Assembly (NCBI RefSeq): GCF_009914755.1
Contig: NC_060941.1
Source: the human T2T-CHM13v2.0 reference genome, Homo sapiens
DNA length: 64,000 nt
Strand: one strand, 5' to 3'
Both the position numbers and the translations under genes were made by a program. Under the pieces are notes generated by a model. It saw only the letters and a list, made by a program, of their open reading frames with translations. It made no database searches and was not told where the DNA came from. Position 1 is the stretch's first letter; every line of letters begins with the position of its first letter. This document shows, piece after piece, positions 1-15,340 of the stretch.

Positions 1-592
1 AAAAGACAGCACAGAGAGAAGAGTGAGGAAGATGAAGAAATGCAGCAGAATGTTCAGATCACGTTTAGATGGTAGGCATTAAGGGTGAACACCATGCTGT
101 TATTTTAACTTCCATATATTTGGAAAATTTTCCTAATAAAAAATCGCTTTAAAAACACACCTGGCAGGAAGTCACCCAGCTTTTCTCCCTACATGTGCTC
201 CAAGTGGCAGGAAACTCACAAGTCCCCCATTTTCGCTCTGCTCAAGCTATTGGAAAGTCCCTCCAGTTCTGAGTTAAAATTCCCCGCTGTAAAGTTCTAC
301 TCACTCCACAAAGAGCTCTACTCTTTGGGACAAAATCTTCCCTCACCTCCTCCCAAGCCCAGCTTTTCATTATTCACAGTCAACTATCCCAGCCCCTCCC
401 TAGTCCCTTTTCCAATGTAAGCAGCGGGGAGGTGCTGTCGCCTCTCAAAGTGTCTCCGTCCCACTTGCCCTCCTCTCAACACACGTACCTTTATTTTTGA
501 TACCACTCTTAAACCTGCTGTCCCATGGGAAAACAACAGTTTGGCCATGCTCTGACCAACTCCACAGGCAGTGGCCCTGTCACCTCCTTTGA

Positions 593-995
<403 letters not shown>

Positions 996-1369
996 CCATG
1001 AGCTGTTCTTAAGTCTCTTTCCCCATCTTTTATTTTATGAGGTCATTCCAGAGTCACAATCTGCCACCATCCTTAGGGGGGTCTGTTATATCAACTCAAT
1101 TCAACAAAATAAGAGCACAGAAACAGTCACACCCCAGGTAAACACAGGGTAAGGACAAAGAGAAAGACAGTAACCCTATATACTGTAAGCATCAGTCAAC
1201 TACGCCATGCCATTCAGAGCATCTAGCACCTGTACAACTCTGGACCCAGCCCTAGGACCACAGAGATGAACAGTCTGGTGTACCTAGCTCTCTGACCCAG
1301 AGCCTTCTGCAAAGCCGATGGCTCCCATCCAGGGAATGAGTAGGACATGCCAAGTTTGAGAGCTTTTCA

Positions 1370-1550
1370 TGTTACCTCATTTAATCCTCACAACAATATT
1401 TTAAGGGAGGTATCATTAGTCCCATTTTATAGATGAGGAAACTGAGGCCCTGAGAGGTTAAGTAATTTGCCAAGAGCAACAAGGCTAGTATAGAGCAAGG
1501 CCCGGAATAGAACCTAGGTCTATTTGATTCCAAAGACTATGCCCTTATCT
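1370..1550 (-). mobile_element. MIR SINE
   Basis: Antisense MIR core cccattttatagatgaggaaactgagg...aggttaagtaatttgcc. Confidence 0.85.
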
Positions 1551-1554
1551 GCTT

Positions 1555-1765
1555 CGTGAATCTACCTGCTATGTCTGAGCCACTCATAAAAATACTGACC
1601 AGATCAGGGCTAAGGACCCCACAAAGAACTCTGGCAGGGTTCATGCATGACCAGGTTCAAGCACTTATAAAGGCACTTGACTGCACTATTATCCAGTACT
1701 CCTCAATCTTCTCTACAAAACCTTGCTCCATGCCTTTCTGAAACCCAAGGACATCGTCTGCAGCT
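1555..1765 (-). mobile_element. CR1/L3 LINE relic (RT region)
   Basis: Reverse complement resembles CR1 ORF2 DNA (…ggtttcagaaaggcatggagcaagg… and …gtccttagccctgatctggtcagtatttttatgagtg…); highly decayed. Confidence 0.5.
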
Positions 1766-2659
1766 TCCCCCTGCATATAGATGGAAAAAAAAAATCAAAA
1801 GAAAGAAAGAGTCACCAGGCTGACATCAATTACACAGATAAAGGAAAGGAGCAACTAAAGAAATGCTTAACAACAAAGCTCTTACCAAATCCAAAGGAGA
1901 ATATGACAGAATTTTTAAAAAGAGAAAATAAAGCTACAAAGGGAATTTCCTGGAAGCCAAGTGTTATCACTGGCACAGATGTTGAGAAGCAGGCCCACAG
2001 TCCCATTTAACCCCACTGTCCTTTTCCCTAATCTATGTCCCGATATAGGCACCTAAAAATAAGTGGGAAAAAGTCATATATTAAAAAAAGACGAAAGAAT
2101 GGAACTGCAGAAAATAACCAGAAATTATGCCCTATTGAGCACTGATACACGCTAAATTAAGCCTGCACAGGCCATTTTTTAAATATGCAATTACTCTTCT
2201 TGAAGGGAAAAGTTGAAAAATAGGAATGGAGTGGTTTTGCTTCCCACCCCCACCCACTCCAGGGCTCCATCTTGCACATCTGTGTTCTCCCAAGCTAGCA
2301 ATGGGGCAGCAATCCCTGCCTCCCCCAGTCCCTCTCCTACATAGCCAAGGCTCTAAAGTCCCCTCACCCCCTCCCTGCCCCCTTCATCCCTGTTGGCATT
2401 ACCTTGGTTCCCAGCTTTGTACCCATACCTGGCTGGGACTATCCGAATACCTCCTGATCTGTCTCCCTCCTTCCAGCCCAATCCACATGGTGCCACCCAA
2501 GAACACTTCCTAAAAAGCACACCCTGTCACTCCCCTTCCTCAGAACCTCTGTAGAGAGTTCTCTACCCATGGCCTTCTGAGATCTGTTTCAATCCCTCTC
2601 ATCAGTCTCCCCTCCTGCTGTCCTTCCCACACTTCCTGCATTTTAGCCACAGACTGAAC

Positions 2660-2900
2660 TTGGAGGACTCTGGGATCAGACAGTCTGGGTTCAAATCCTG
2701 GTTCTATCACCTGCTAGTTCTAGGACCCTGGACGAGTTTCTTAACTTCTATCTCGAAGTCTGTTCCCCATCTGTCAATGCGGTCCCTAATAAATAGTATT
2801 TCCTACATAGGACTGTTGTAAGGATGAAATAACGCTCCTAGACTACTAAGCATGATGCCTGGCACACACTACATGTTTCCTACTAACTGTTATTGTTAAT
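2660..2900 (+). mobile_element. MIR SINE
   Basis: ctgggttcaaatcctgg...ctgttccccatctgtc core. Confidence 0.8.
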
Positions 2901-3089
2901 ACCATCTCTGAAACATGCTGTGCTTTCCCCTACCTTGACTTCTTCACCTGCCTCAAGAATTCCCCTTCATCCTTAGAGATCCAGTTCCCTGTCACCTCCT
3001 TCAGGCTTTCATCCCATGCTGTTCACACCCCTATTACAGTCATCACACTGCTCTGTAATCACTTATTGTGATTATAATCGATGTGACAG

Positions 3090-3315
3090 AACTTAGAGCA
3101 GGTTTTGGAGACAAAGAACCCTAGTTTAAAAGCCTACCTCTGCTATCTACTAGCTGTGTAATCCTGGCCAACCTGGTTGACTTCTCTGGACTTCTGCTTC
3201 CCCCACTGTAAACTGGAGAAAAGAATAACCCACCTCACAGGGGTTTTGTAAAGACCAACCTAGCTAACTTATGGAAAGTGCCTAGCACAGGGGCTGGCAC
3301 ATCTTAAGTGCTTGA
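3090..3315 (+). mobile_element. MIR SINE
   Basis: tagctgtgtaatcctgg...ccccactgtaaactgg core. Confidence 0.75.
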
Positions 3316-3320
3316 ACATC

Positions 3321-3623
3321 TTTTTTTTTTTTTTTTTTGTCCTGAGACAGGGTCTCACTCTGTCACCCAGGCTGGAGTACAGTAGCATGATCAGGGATCA
3401 CTGCAGTCACAACTGCCCGGGCTCAAACGATTCTACCTCAGCCTCTCAAGTGGCCGGGATCACAGGCACACGCCACCACGTCTGGCTAATTTTTTTAATT
3501 ATTTATAGAAACGAAGTCTTACTATGTTGCCCAGGCTGGTCTCAAAATTCTAGGCTCAAGTGATCCTCTTTCCTCAGCCTCCTACGGTGCTGAGATTATG
3601 GGCATGAGCCACTGCGCCCAGCG
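3321..3623 (-). mobile_element. AluJ SINE
   Basis: Antisense Alu; TSD ttgaacatctt. Confidence 0.93.
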
Positions 3624-3894
3624 TTGAACATCTTACCCTTTCCTACTTTATTTGGCTTTCTGTTCCTTGCTGACTGTAAGCTTCTGAAGAACAAGAAACT
3701 ATACTGTATTAGTTCAACACCTGTGAAATGAAGGGAAATTAGTAAGAAAAATATATATACGGTTATTAGTCACTCCTCCACAGTTTATAGTACCTGAACC
3801 ATAACAGAAGTTCCATAGATGTCAATTGATTCCCAAGTTACCAGAGGAAACTAAAGCCAGCAGGAAACTGTCCTGAAGTCAAGAACCTATGGCA

Positions 3895-4220
3895 GGTGAA
3901 CCCAGAAAACATTACGCTAAGTGAACAAACCCAGTCACAAGGGGCTACTTAATGTATGATTCCATTTATACGAAACATCCAGAATAGGCAAAAGTACAGA
4001 GACAGAAGTACATTGGTGGTTGCCTAGGGCTGGGAGAATGGGAGTAGATGGGAGGGGGGAGTGACAGCTAAAGGAGGTGTTTCTTTTGGGGGGTAATGTT
4101 CTAAAACATTATGGTGACAGCTGCACAACTCTGCAAACACACTAAAAGACACTGAATTGTGCACTTTAGATGGGTGAACTGTATGCTTCGTGAATTATAT
4201 CTCAATAAAACTTTTTAAAA
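3895..4220 (+). mobile_element. Old L1M (L1MB-type) 3' end
   Basis: aaaacattacgctaagtgaa...tgtatgattccatttata...gtgaattatatctcaataaa typical L1MB 3' UTR. Confidence 0.85.
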
Positions 4221-4710
4221 CAATAACCACAAAAAGGATCAATCCTAGGAGCGAAAGGGTTTTGGCCACGGAGCAACTTGCTCTTACGCAGAAGCATAAA
4301 TCATCACGACAAGGTTGCTCCGGCCACCGGGTGCCGCGGGCAGAGGGACGGTGGAGGGGACATTCTCCTTTTAAAAGTGGCCAGGCCCGTGAGCCTCTGA
4401 GAGGCTGGCCTCCGGGCTGCCCCGGACCTCGCGCCCCTAGCTCGCGCTGCAGGCCTTTCCTGCTCCTCCGAGGCCGCCCGGCCAGGCCTGCGTCAAGCCC
4501 GGGCGCCGCGCTCCGGTGCACTCAGCTCTCCGGTGGAAGAGCGCAGACCGCAAGGGAAAAGGTGCCGGCGCGGGTCGCCCCTAGGTCTTCAATAGATCCG
4601 AGGACACCCGAGGCCTCCACATCCCTAGCCCGCCCCCGCCACCCAGTGGCTCCGGCCGCCGCTGCCCCCGCGCCCCCGCCCTCGGCCTCGGCCTGCGCAG
4701 CGCGGCTCAC

Positions 4711-4760
4711 CAGCCTCCAGGGTAACGCCAGCCCCGGACGCCGCCGCGGCGACGAGTGCG
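4711..4760 (-). other. Putative non-coding first exon of a minus-strand gene (donor CTG|GTGAGC, intron starts 4710)
   Basis: Strong 5' splice site inside the island; the island extends and is G-rich on the minus strand downstream; TSS position is a guess. Confidence 0.5.
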
Positions 4761-4769
4761 CCTGCGCCC

Positions 4770-4804
4770 CGGGGACTGAGCGGCACCGCCCCTGCCCGGC
4801 GACG
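4770..4804 (+). ncRNA. Putative first exon of a divergent plus-strand transcript (donor ACG|GTGAGC, intron starts 4805)
   Basis: Strong donor; candidate acceptors at 5511-5512 (tctcttctccAG) and 5681-5682 (ttttcttctcttAG); AATAAA at 5166. Confidence 0.35.
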
Positions 4805-7800
4805 GTGAGCCCAGCGCCCTCTGCCGGCCGCGCGCGGGACTCGGGGTCCTACTGGGTGCCTCTTCCTAGATCCGACCCCACCCAGTTGAAAGCTGTCCCC
4901 ACTAACAGCCTTCGTTACCTGTTACCTCAAACACCCACTCTGCCTTCTGGCTGTTGCTACGCCGGATATAAGCCCTAAAGGCACTCTCTCCTCCTTATTC
5001 CTGAATATGGATTGTGCTATGAATATGGGGTGTTCAAGATCTCTGAAAGGCTTGCTGGAGGACTTTTCCTGAACCTCTCGTGTTGATGACAAGAATTGTG
5101 TTTGGATAGGAATCTGCGTTTTGAATCATTTCACCAAATTACAGTCCCATAACACCTGTCAAAAGAATAAATATGACAGTAATAAGCATGCTTCCTTTCA
5201 GACCCATCTATAATTATAATTGAGGAAAATAATACAAAATTTAAACTTAGAGCTACTGCCAGTATCATTCTTTGAAAATGAAATAATGCTGTTTATTAAA
5301 TAGGCTCTCCCTGCTCTCTAATGTTTAAAGCTCAAGTGCTTCTCTGAATTGATTTAAATACAAGTTTTATATCCTGAAAGAAATCAAGATGAGTCATTAT
5401 CTTAAGACAAACCCCCCTGTTCAATGATGCTGCTGATCTCTCAGCTGATGTCTAAGCGGGAGTTAGGTTGTTAGTGGATAATATTGCTTCTGTTCACGTC
5501 TCTCTTCTCCAGGGCTTTTTAAACCTGTTTGTAACGAAAAGGCTGATTTCCTTCAGACTCCATGTGTCGTTGATTTAACAGGACAACTTCTTACAGGTTT
5601 TTCTTTTTCCTTTTTCTTTTTTTTTTTTTAAGTAAAACATTGCTCCCCGGTGGCACCTGGGAATCTGTTTTTCTTCTCTTAGGATAAGAGAAGCAGGGAT
5701 ATTTCTTAACGGAAGTTTTGTTTTGTTCCTAACTCCCTTTAGAGCTTCCTCTTTTCTTTTTTTTTCTCTTCACCTAACATACTAGACTTCCCTCAAATCG
5801 GGGGTGGGGGATGGGAAGGTGGGGTTCCCTCCCTTGAAATATTCAGATAATTGCTTCCATTTATTTTAAAGATGTAGACTTGGACAAATATATCTGAAAG
5901 ATACAATTGTACCCTCATAAATCAGCCCTCTTATTTACACATGCATAATCAAGGGCACGTCATTAATGCAGAGCCAATCAATAAATCATTAAGCTTTTAA
6001 AGCCCTTATTAAGAACAATCTGCAGTAACATCATCCACTCCTGTGCTCAGTCTTAGGATCATTTAATAATTTTAAGAAATTTCACAGTCTGTTCTGTAGT
6101 CTCATCTCCCTTTTGTTCCTAGATAGCTGTATTCCTGCATCAGAAACATGGTTCTAATACCTAGATCTCATAAAATATTGAAGATGCAAGCTGTTTGCTT
6201 TACCTCTGAAAGGCTCCACCTTCAGAATCACTTGTGCCTCTTCCAATTTTACAAACGCACAAGATTTTAACTTTCACAACAATTTCTTATAAACATCCAA
6301 ATACTAAGAAAAAAAAATCCAAAGTAGGAGAGATTTGAACAATAATCTCTAATTTTTTTTCCAAGTCACAATGGAAACCTAGATTTGAAAATAATTGAAT
6401 TTGAACCTTTCAACTTGACAGCAACCTTAGGTTCTTACAGCTTCAATAGTAAAATGAAATAATTTTTACTAGTCCAAACATTCACTTAAAATGACACCAG
6501 TCTCATAATCTGATAAAACCCCAACCATTTTTACCATGTCATTTTCCTATACACTGAAATTTTAGCAGATGAACCCCCTTATGTCAGACAGTGCATGATA
6601 TTTACAGATAAACAAAATAGAAAGACCTTTTACTTGAGAAATTAGTCACCCACTGTCCAGGGGACATGTTCGCACAGGGGAGTTTATTGACTTTCCTAAG
6701 AAATACACCACATTCTCTTGATTTCTGACATTATGTCATTTAGCCTGACAACTGCAGATTTGTAACCAGTATTTGTAGGGAAAGATACAAGAAGTCCTGA
6801 CGTTTCCAGTTTAAACCTGTTTTTAGATTTCAAAGAGAAATGATAACGTTTGCATCCTCTGATTAAATCAGGTTATTGTCTCCAAGGATGACCATGTAAA
6901 TAATTCAAATTAATTCATCAGTGTACAATAGGTTTAATAAGCATAATAAACACTTTTAAGAAAATACTTAAGACCCTCGGTCTGCCCTCGATCTTGCTCC
7001 CTATTATCTCAGATTTCCCTGAGAACAGAATGAGTGGTACCACGTTGTTCTCTTCTATTCAAAATATGCAAAGCTGCTATTTACCAGCTTGCAATTTGCA
7101 TGTCTCAAATCCTGCCAGAACACAGGGTGAGGGCCATGGGGTGATGGGTGAATATGCCAGAAGAGGACACCAGGGGCAAAAATGGAAAATGGGGTGAACA
7201 GATTTTCCTTACCCCAGCGTATTGCAAAACACAACTCTTGCTGACTACTCAAGATTTGTTTTAAGACAATAAAAATATTGGGTATGAAAGGTTATGTGAA
7301 ATCTCAGACATCTAGTTTGTTTTTCTTTAATTGCTGGGCAAAAGAAAGGGATGAGCAAGGATTTCAATATTTTTATAAAAGGGAACACAAGAGGAAAAAG
7401 GGTACAATTGTGACTATTTACAACATACACTTGGAGATTAATTTATGGGCTGGGTTTCAGCCTTCCTGGTCCTCCATACTATGTTACTTTCTGCAGCACC
7501 ATAAATCCAACTTTGCTGACTGGTATATGTCATTCTCTGTTTCTAGTGTGTTCTGTAGTAATTTATTAACAGTGACCACATGTGAAACCACATTGGTGAT
7601 CAGATGTATGTTATCTCTGAATATGTCCCCACTTTTTTTATCTCTTGAAAATATGTTCTATGTCTCATGATTTCAAATTGTAAATAACATACACACATAC
7701 ACATAATGTTTTGTATGAATCACCTTTGGAATGGAATTTCTTTTTCATAAAAATTTCAAGTGCATGCTGGATGTGTATGTGGCAATATTACCAAAGGAGT

Positions 7801-8269
7801 GAATGCGCTTGGGAACATTCTTCTTTTTTGCATTTTGACAGCATTTGACTAAAGATCCACTTAAAATTACCTTGCTCACAAAGTGTAATTCTGTTTCCAC
7901 TGACTATATCTGCAGTGTCTTGAGATGTCCAGAGACAAGAATTACATGCCACCATTAATAGGAATGGAGACGGTAAGAAATAATCAACTTTATTAAATAG
8001 GATTATTTGAAGAAAGAGGAGAGACAAAGGGGTGAAGAGGAGAAGGAGAGAAAGAAGAAAGTGAAAAGGAGGGAAGTGGAGAATAAGTAAAAGTAGAAGG
8101 GAGTTATCCTGTTGATGCTGTCCCCAAGAGAAAGGGATGATAGAGTTTTAAGTGTAGCAGCCCAGAAAAAAAAAAAAAGGCAACGTTAATGAAGGGAAAT
8201 CATTTATCGGCTTGGCCAGGAAATTGGGTGTTCTGGTCAGTCAACTACATGGTTAATAGTTACCTTCCA

Positions 8270-8740
8270 CTTCAGCAAACATCTGTTGAGACTCCTTCAC
8301 GTGCAAAACTCCATGCAAGACCCTGGGTCATAGCGGAGGCCTCTGAACTCTATCCCTGCCATGCGGGCTCTCCTGTCCTTCTCCACTATGGTTAGAGACA
8401 GGTATAGTCTTGTCGCTGTCCTGCTGTAGTCCCCTTAATGACTTCTCCGTGTTCTCTGAATACATACGCCAAACTCCTTACCATGTCCTATGAGGCCCTC
8501 CAGGGTCTGGCCTCTTAAGCTTCCATCCATGTCCCCGTCCTCTGTAGCAGCCACAGTGGCCTTTCAGACACTCATTGTATCGTGTCCTTCTGCCCTGCTC
8601 CTCCTTTAGATCCCAGCTAATAGATCTCTTCCTCGCCTTCCCTGACATCCACATTCCCACCCCATAATGGAGCAGGTCCCCCCACCCAAAGAGTAGACTG
8701 TACTTTTCTCCATGGCATGCATCACAATTTATAGTTACAT
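8270..8740. mobile_element. L2 LINE fragments
   Basis: Decayed L2-type segments (ttcagcaaacatctgttgag…; …tccttaccatgtcctatgaggccctcc…). Confidence 0.55.
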
Positions 8741-8749
8741 ATACCCCAA

Positions 8750-9490
<741 letters not shown>

Positions 9491-10047
9491 GTAGTTACAT
9501 ATACATGGACATTTACACATAATACATACATATATATGTGTGGGTACATGTAGATAGATATGCATTTGTGTTATTATATCAGTCATATCTCTCTCTGCAC
9601 TAGAGCCCCATGAGTGAGAGCTGGGACTGAGTAGCAGTATCCCACCCAGTGCCTAGGCCTCACTTCCTGTGGTCCACCATTAAAATCACTCTCTTACCAA
9701 CACCCTCAACTCCCTGGTTCCTCTTGGCCTCTGTCACACTCACTCTGGATGAATCTACCATCCTCCTTCTCCAACCTGCACCCAAGCAGATTAATGCTGA
9801 GAAAATTACACAACAGAGCTGATGGGTTTTACTTTAAATTTATGATCCAATCCTCAAAGGCATAATGGATGTTGCCTGGGAAGAAAATAACTCTGTTTCT
9901 CAGAACTCCTACACCCCACCTCCACCCTCACTCTCAGCAGAGGACCTCACTGAAAGATAGACATCATCAGATCTTCTTCTCACTCCTTCCCCTTCTTTCC
10001 TGATATGCTGTGGAAAGTTTCCTTCTGCCTTTGAAAAACCGGTCCTT

Positions 10048-10393
10048 GGCTGGGCGCGGTGGCTCATGCCTGTAATCCCAGGACTTTGGGAGGCCAAGGC
10101 AGGCAGATAACCTCAGGTCAGGAGTTTGAGACCTGCCTGACCAACATGGAGAAACCCCATCTCTACTAAAAATACAAAATTAGCCGAGCATGGTGGCGCA
10201 TGCCTTTAATCCCAGCTACTGGGCAGGCTGAGGCAGGAGAATCGCTTGAACCCAGGAGGCGGAGGTTGCAGTGGGTGGAGGTTGAGGTGGGCAGAGGGTG
10301 CGGTGAGCTGAGATCACGCCATTGCACTCCAGCCTGGGCAACAAGAACAAAACTCCATCTCAAAAAAAAAAAAAAAAGAAAAAGAAAAAAAAA
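10048..10393 (+). mobile_element. AluSp-like SINE with internal 16-bp triplication
   Basis: Alu dimer; TSD aaaaa(c)cggtcctt. Confidence 0.95.
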
Positions 10394-10529
10394 CGGTCCT
10401 TCTGCTGGTTCCCTGGATTCAATCCCTGTGTGTTCCTCAAATCTTTGCTCCTAGAGTTATCCCCTCTCTCCTGCTTCATTAATCACCCCCTTTCCACCTG
10501 TTCATTCTAAGCAACATACCAATGTGATC

Positions 10530-10700
10530 GAGGGACTTGCTACTCAAAATGGGATTCATGGATCAGCAGCCTGGGCCTCACCTGGGAGCTTGTTAGAAAT
10601 GCAGAATCTCCCACCTGGGCCTGCAGAATCAAAATCTGCATTTAGCAAGATCCCAAGATGGTTCCCAGGCACATCAAAGTCAGACAAGCAATGGGCTAGG
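10530..10700. mobile_element. MER5A hAT MITE
   Basis: ctactcaaaatgg…cacctgggagcttgttagaaatgcagaatctc…aatctgcatttagcaagatccc. Confidence 0.85.
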
Positions 10701-11338
10701 GGTTCCCATTAAAACAAATTAACAGAAAGCACACATATCCACATCCCACACCCATATGAGATTGCTCCATATCCCCTACCAGATAGATTTCTATTTCTCT
10801 ACTCTCCCTTATAGCCAAGATTTTATCCTTTCATTCAAAAAACGAACACCTACCAGGTACCAAGCAGTTTTCTAGGTTCTGGGGAGACAGAATAAATAAA
10901 ACCCATTTGATCAGTGTGCATGTGTGGTGTCTTAGGAGCAGAGAAAACAAAGAAAGAAAGAAGACATGATCAGGTCATAAGTGAGTGCTTTGCAGAGAAA
11001 TAAAATGTGGTCATGTGGTCTTCACCAGATGGCTACTGTAGATCACTCCAAAGAGGTGACATTTAAACTGAGATCTAAGTGACAAGAAGCCGTCATTAGA
11101 GTTGTCTACAAGGGAAGCCTTAATTTCTCACTTACCATTCCCCCATTTACCCGTCAGCCAATACAGTTGGTTTCCATCTCGTGCCACTGAAACTGCTTAA
11201 CAAGGTTTTCAATGACTTCCATGTTGTCACAAGTAATAGCTCATTTTCTGTCCCTTAAAATGTTGTAAAGTGAGTTAGTCACCTGATTAACCTCTTCCTT
11301 GCCATACATTGTTCAATGTTAAAATTAAAGGCTTTTCT

Positions 11339-11956
11339 GGCTGGGCAAGGTGGTTCATGACTGTAATCCCGGCACATTGCGGGGCTGAGACAGAAGGATC
11401 ACTTCAGCCCAGGAGTTCAAGACCAGCCTGGGCAACCAAGTGGGACTCTTGTCTCTACAAAAAATTAAAATATTTAGCTGGGCGTGGTGGCATATGTCTG
11501 TGGTCCCAGTTACTCAGCAGTCTGAGGTGGGAGGATCACTCGAACCTAGGAAGTCAAGGCTGCAGTGAGCTGTGATTGCACCACTGCACTCCAACCTGGG
11601 TGACAGAGGAAGACCCTGCCTCAATTTAAAACAAAAAAAGAAAAAGAGACTGGGCACAGTAGCTCACTCCTGTAATCCTAGCACCTTGAGAGGCCAAGGC
11701 TGGCAGATCACGAGATCAGGAGTTCGAGACCAGCCTGGCCAACATGGTGAAACCCCGTCTCTACTAAAAATACAAAAATTAGCTGGGCTTGGTGGTGCAC
11801 ACCTGCAATCCCAGCTACTCAGGAGGCTGAGGCAGGCGAATCACTTGAACCCAGGAAGCGGAGGTTGCAGTGAGCCAAGATCGCACCATTGCACTCCAGC
11901 CTGGGTGACAGAGCAAGACTCTGTCTCAAGGAAAAAAAAAAGAAAGAAAAAAAAAG
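11339..11956 (+). mobile_element. Tandem AluJ (11339-11647) + AluS (11648-11956)
   Basis: Two sense Alu dimers; flanking repeat aaag(g/a)cttttctgg. Confidence 0.93.
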
Positions 11957-12077
11957 ACTTTTCTGGATAAGGGAAGAGGTGGCAGGAAAGATGAAAGGGA
12001 AGGAGATAAATTAGATAAATTTTACTCAAGCATAAATATATCATTTCAAATTCAGTAAAAAATACATTTTATTTGAT

Positions 12078-13679
<1,602 letters not shown>

Positions 13680-14166
13680 TGTTTTTAACAAACCCTTTGT
13701 GACATCAGGTATATTTGGAAATGAGATAGATAACTGCTTTTACCAGCTCACCAAGGGAAAAGCTGGTTCAACATTTCAACTGGAGGTCAACTGGCCTCCC
13801 CGACCTCTGTGTTAACTCTCAGGGTATCTGAATTGGAAAGAGAGCTGGAGGGGGCTAAGAGGCTTCCCACTGGCCCACCAGGCTGAACCCACTCTCATTC
13901 TACCTTTTTCCCCTGCAAAGCAGGTTAGAGCAGTGAGGGGGTAGAGAAGGTGAGGAAGAAGAAAACCATTTGCTGGGAACTACAGAACCTTACCCAGGAA
14001 ATGGATGGGAGTTATTATTAGCCTACTGATGTAGAGAAAGACCTAATTCAGCCCAGGGAAGGTGGTTTAGGGATGCCAGTATGTATTGTACCAAAGCTTG
14101 GGTTTCATAAAATAGAGGGCTGCATACCTCATTTACTACACATGGTTTGTCAAAACTCTTGACTTA

Positions 14167-14498
14167 CATATTTCTTTTCTTTTCTTTTTCTTTCTTTCTT
14201 TCTTTCTTTTTTTTTTTTTTTTTAATTGAGACGGTCTTGCTCTGTTGCCCAGGCTGGAGTGCAGTGACACAATCTGCAACCTCCGCCTCCTGGTTTCAAG
14301 CGATTCTCCTGCCTCAGCCTCCCGAGTAGCTGGAATTACAGATGTACACCACCACGCCCAGTTAATTTTTGTATCTTTAGTAGAGATGGGTTTCACCTTG
14401 TTGTCCGGGCTATTCTCAAACTCCTGATCTCAATTGATCTCCCCTTCTCGGCCTCCCAAAGTGCTGGGATTGCAGGAGTGAGTCAATGCATCCAGCCA
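14167..14498 (-). mobile_element. AluS SINE
   Basis: Antisense Alu with TTTC tail. Confidence 0.93.
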
Positions 14499-14789
14499 GG
14501 TATTTCTTTTTAAATATCAAATAGCGTTAGAGTCTGTCAGGAGCACGCAGCTTGAATGTTACCCTAGTGCTGCGCACTGAAGCTTGGTCCTGGTAACAAC
14601 CACTGATGTACGCATGCACCATCATAGTCACTCAACACACTGACTTTGCAGCTTTAACCACTGAATCCAAGCTCAGTCAACACTTGGCCCTCTGTGGTGA
14701 TGGGGATATGGCCAAGGGTAAAGAAAACTCAGAGGTTAAGAGATGGTTACAGCTTCATGCCCCTGCCTACTCCAATAGTAGAAGACAGT

Positions 14790-15340
<551 letters not shown>

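Larger units (their letters stand above)
4250..4980. promoter_or_regulatory. CpG-island promoter, probably bidirectional (main gene likely on minus strand)
   Basis: Only dense non-Alu CpG cluster in the window; NRF1-type TGCGCCTGCGC at 4757-4767; GC boxes at about 4628-4680; RFX-like boxes at 4714-4726 and 4792-4803; outward-facing splice donors. Confidence 0.9.

Noticed and set aside
4190-4978. 262-aa plus-strand ORF across the CpG island (and minus ORFs 4195-4521, 4522-4710)
   Set aside because: GTG starts, begins inside an L1M 3' UTR, and is Pro/Arg/Ala-rich, as expected from stop-codon depletion in GC-rich DNA; no recognisable domain
5640-5660. CTCF-like GCCACCGGGGAGCA (minus strand); a similar motif at about 26000
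   Set aside because: Mismatches at core positions; cannot be supported without PWM scoring or ChIP
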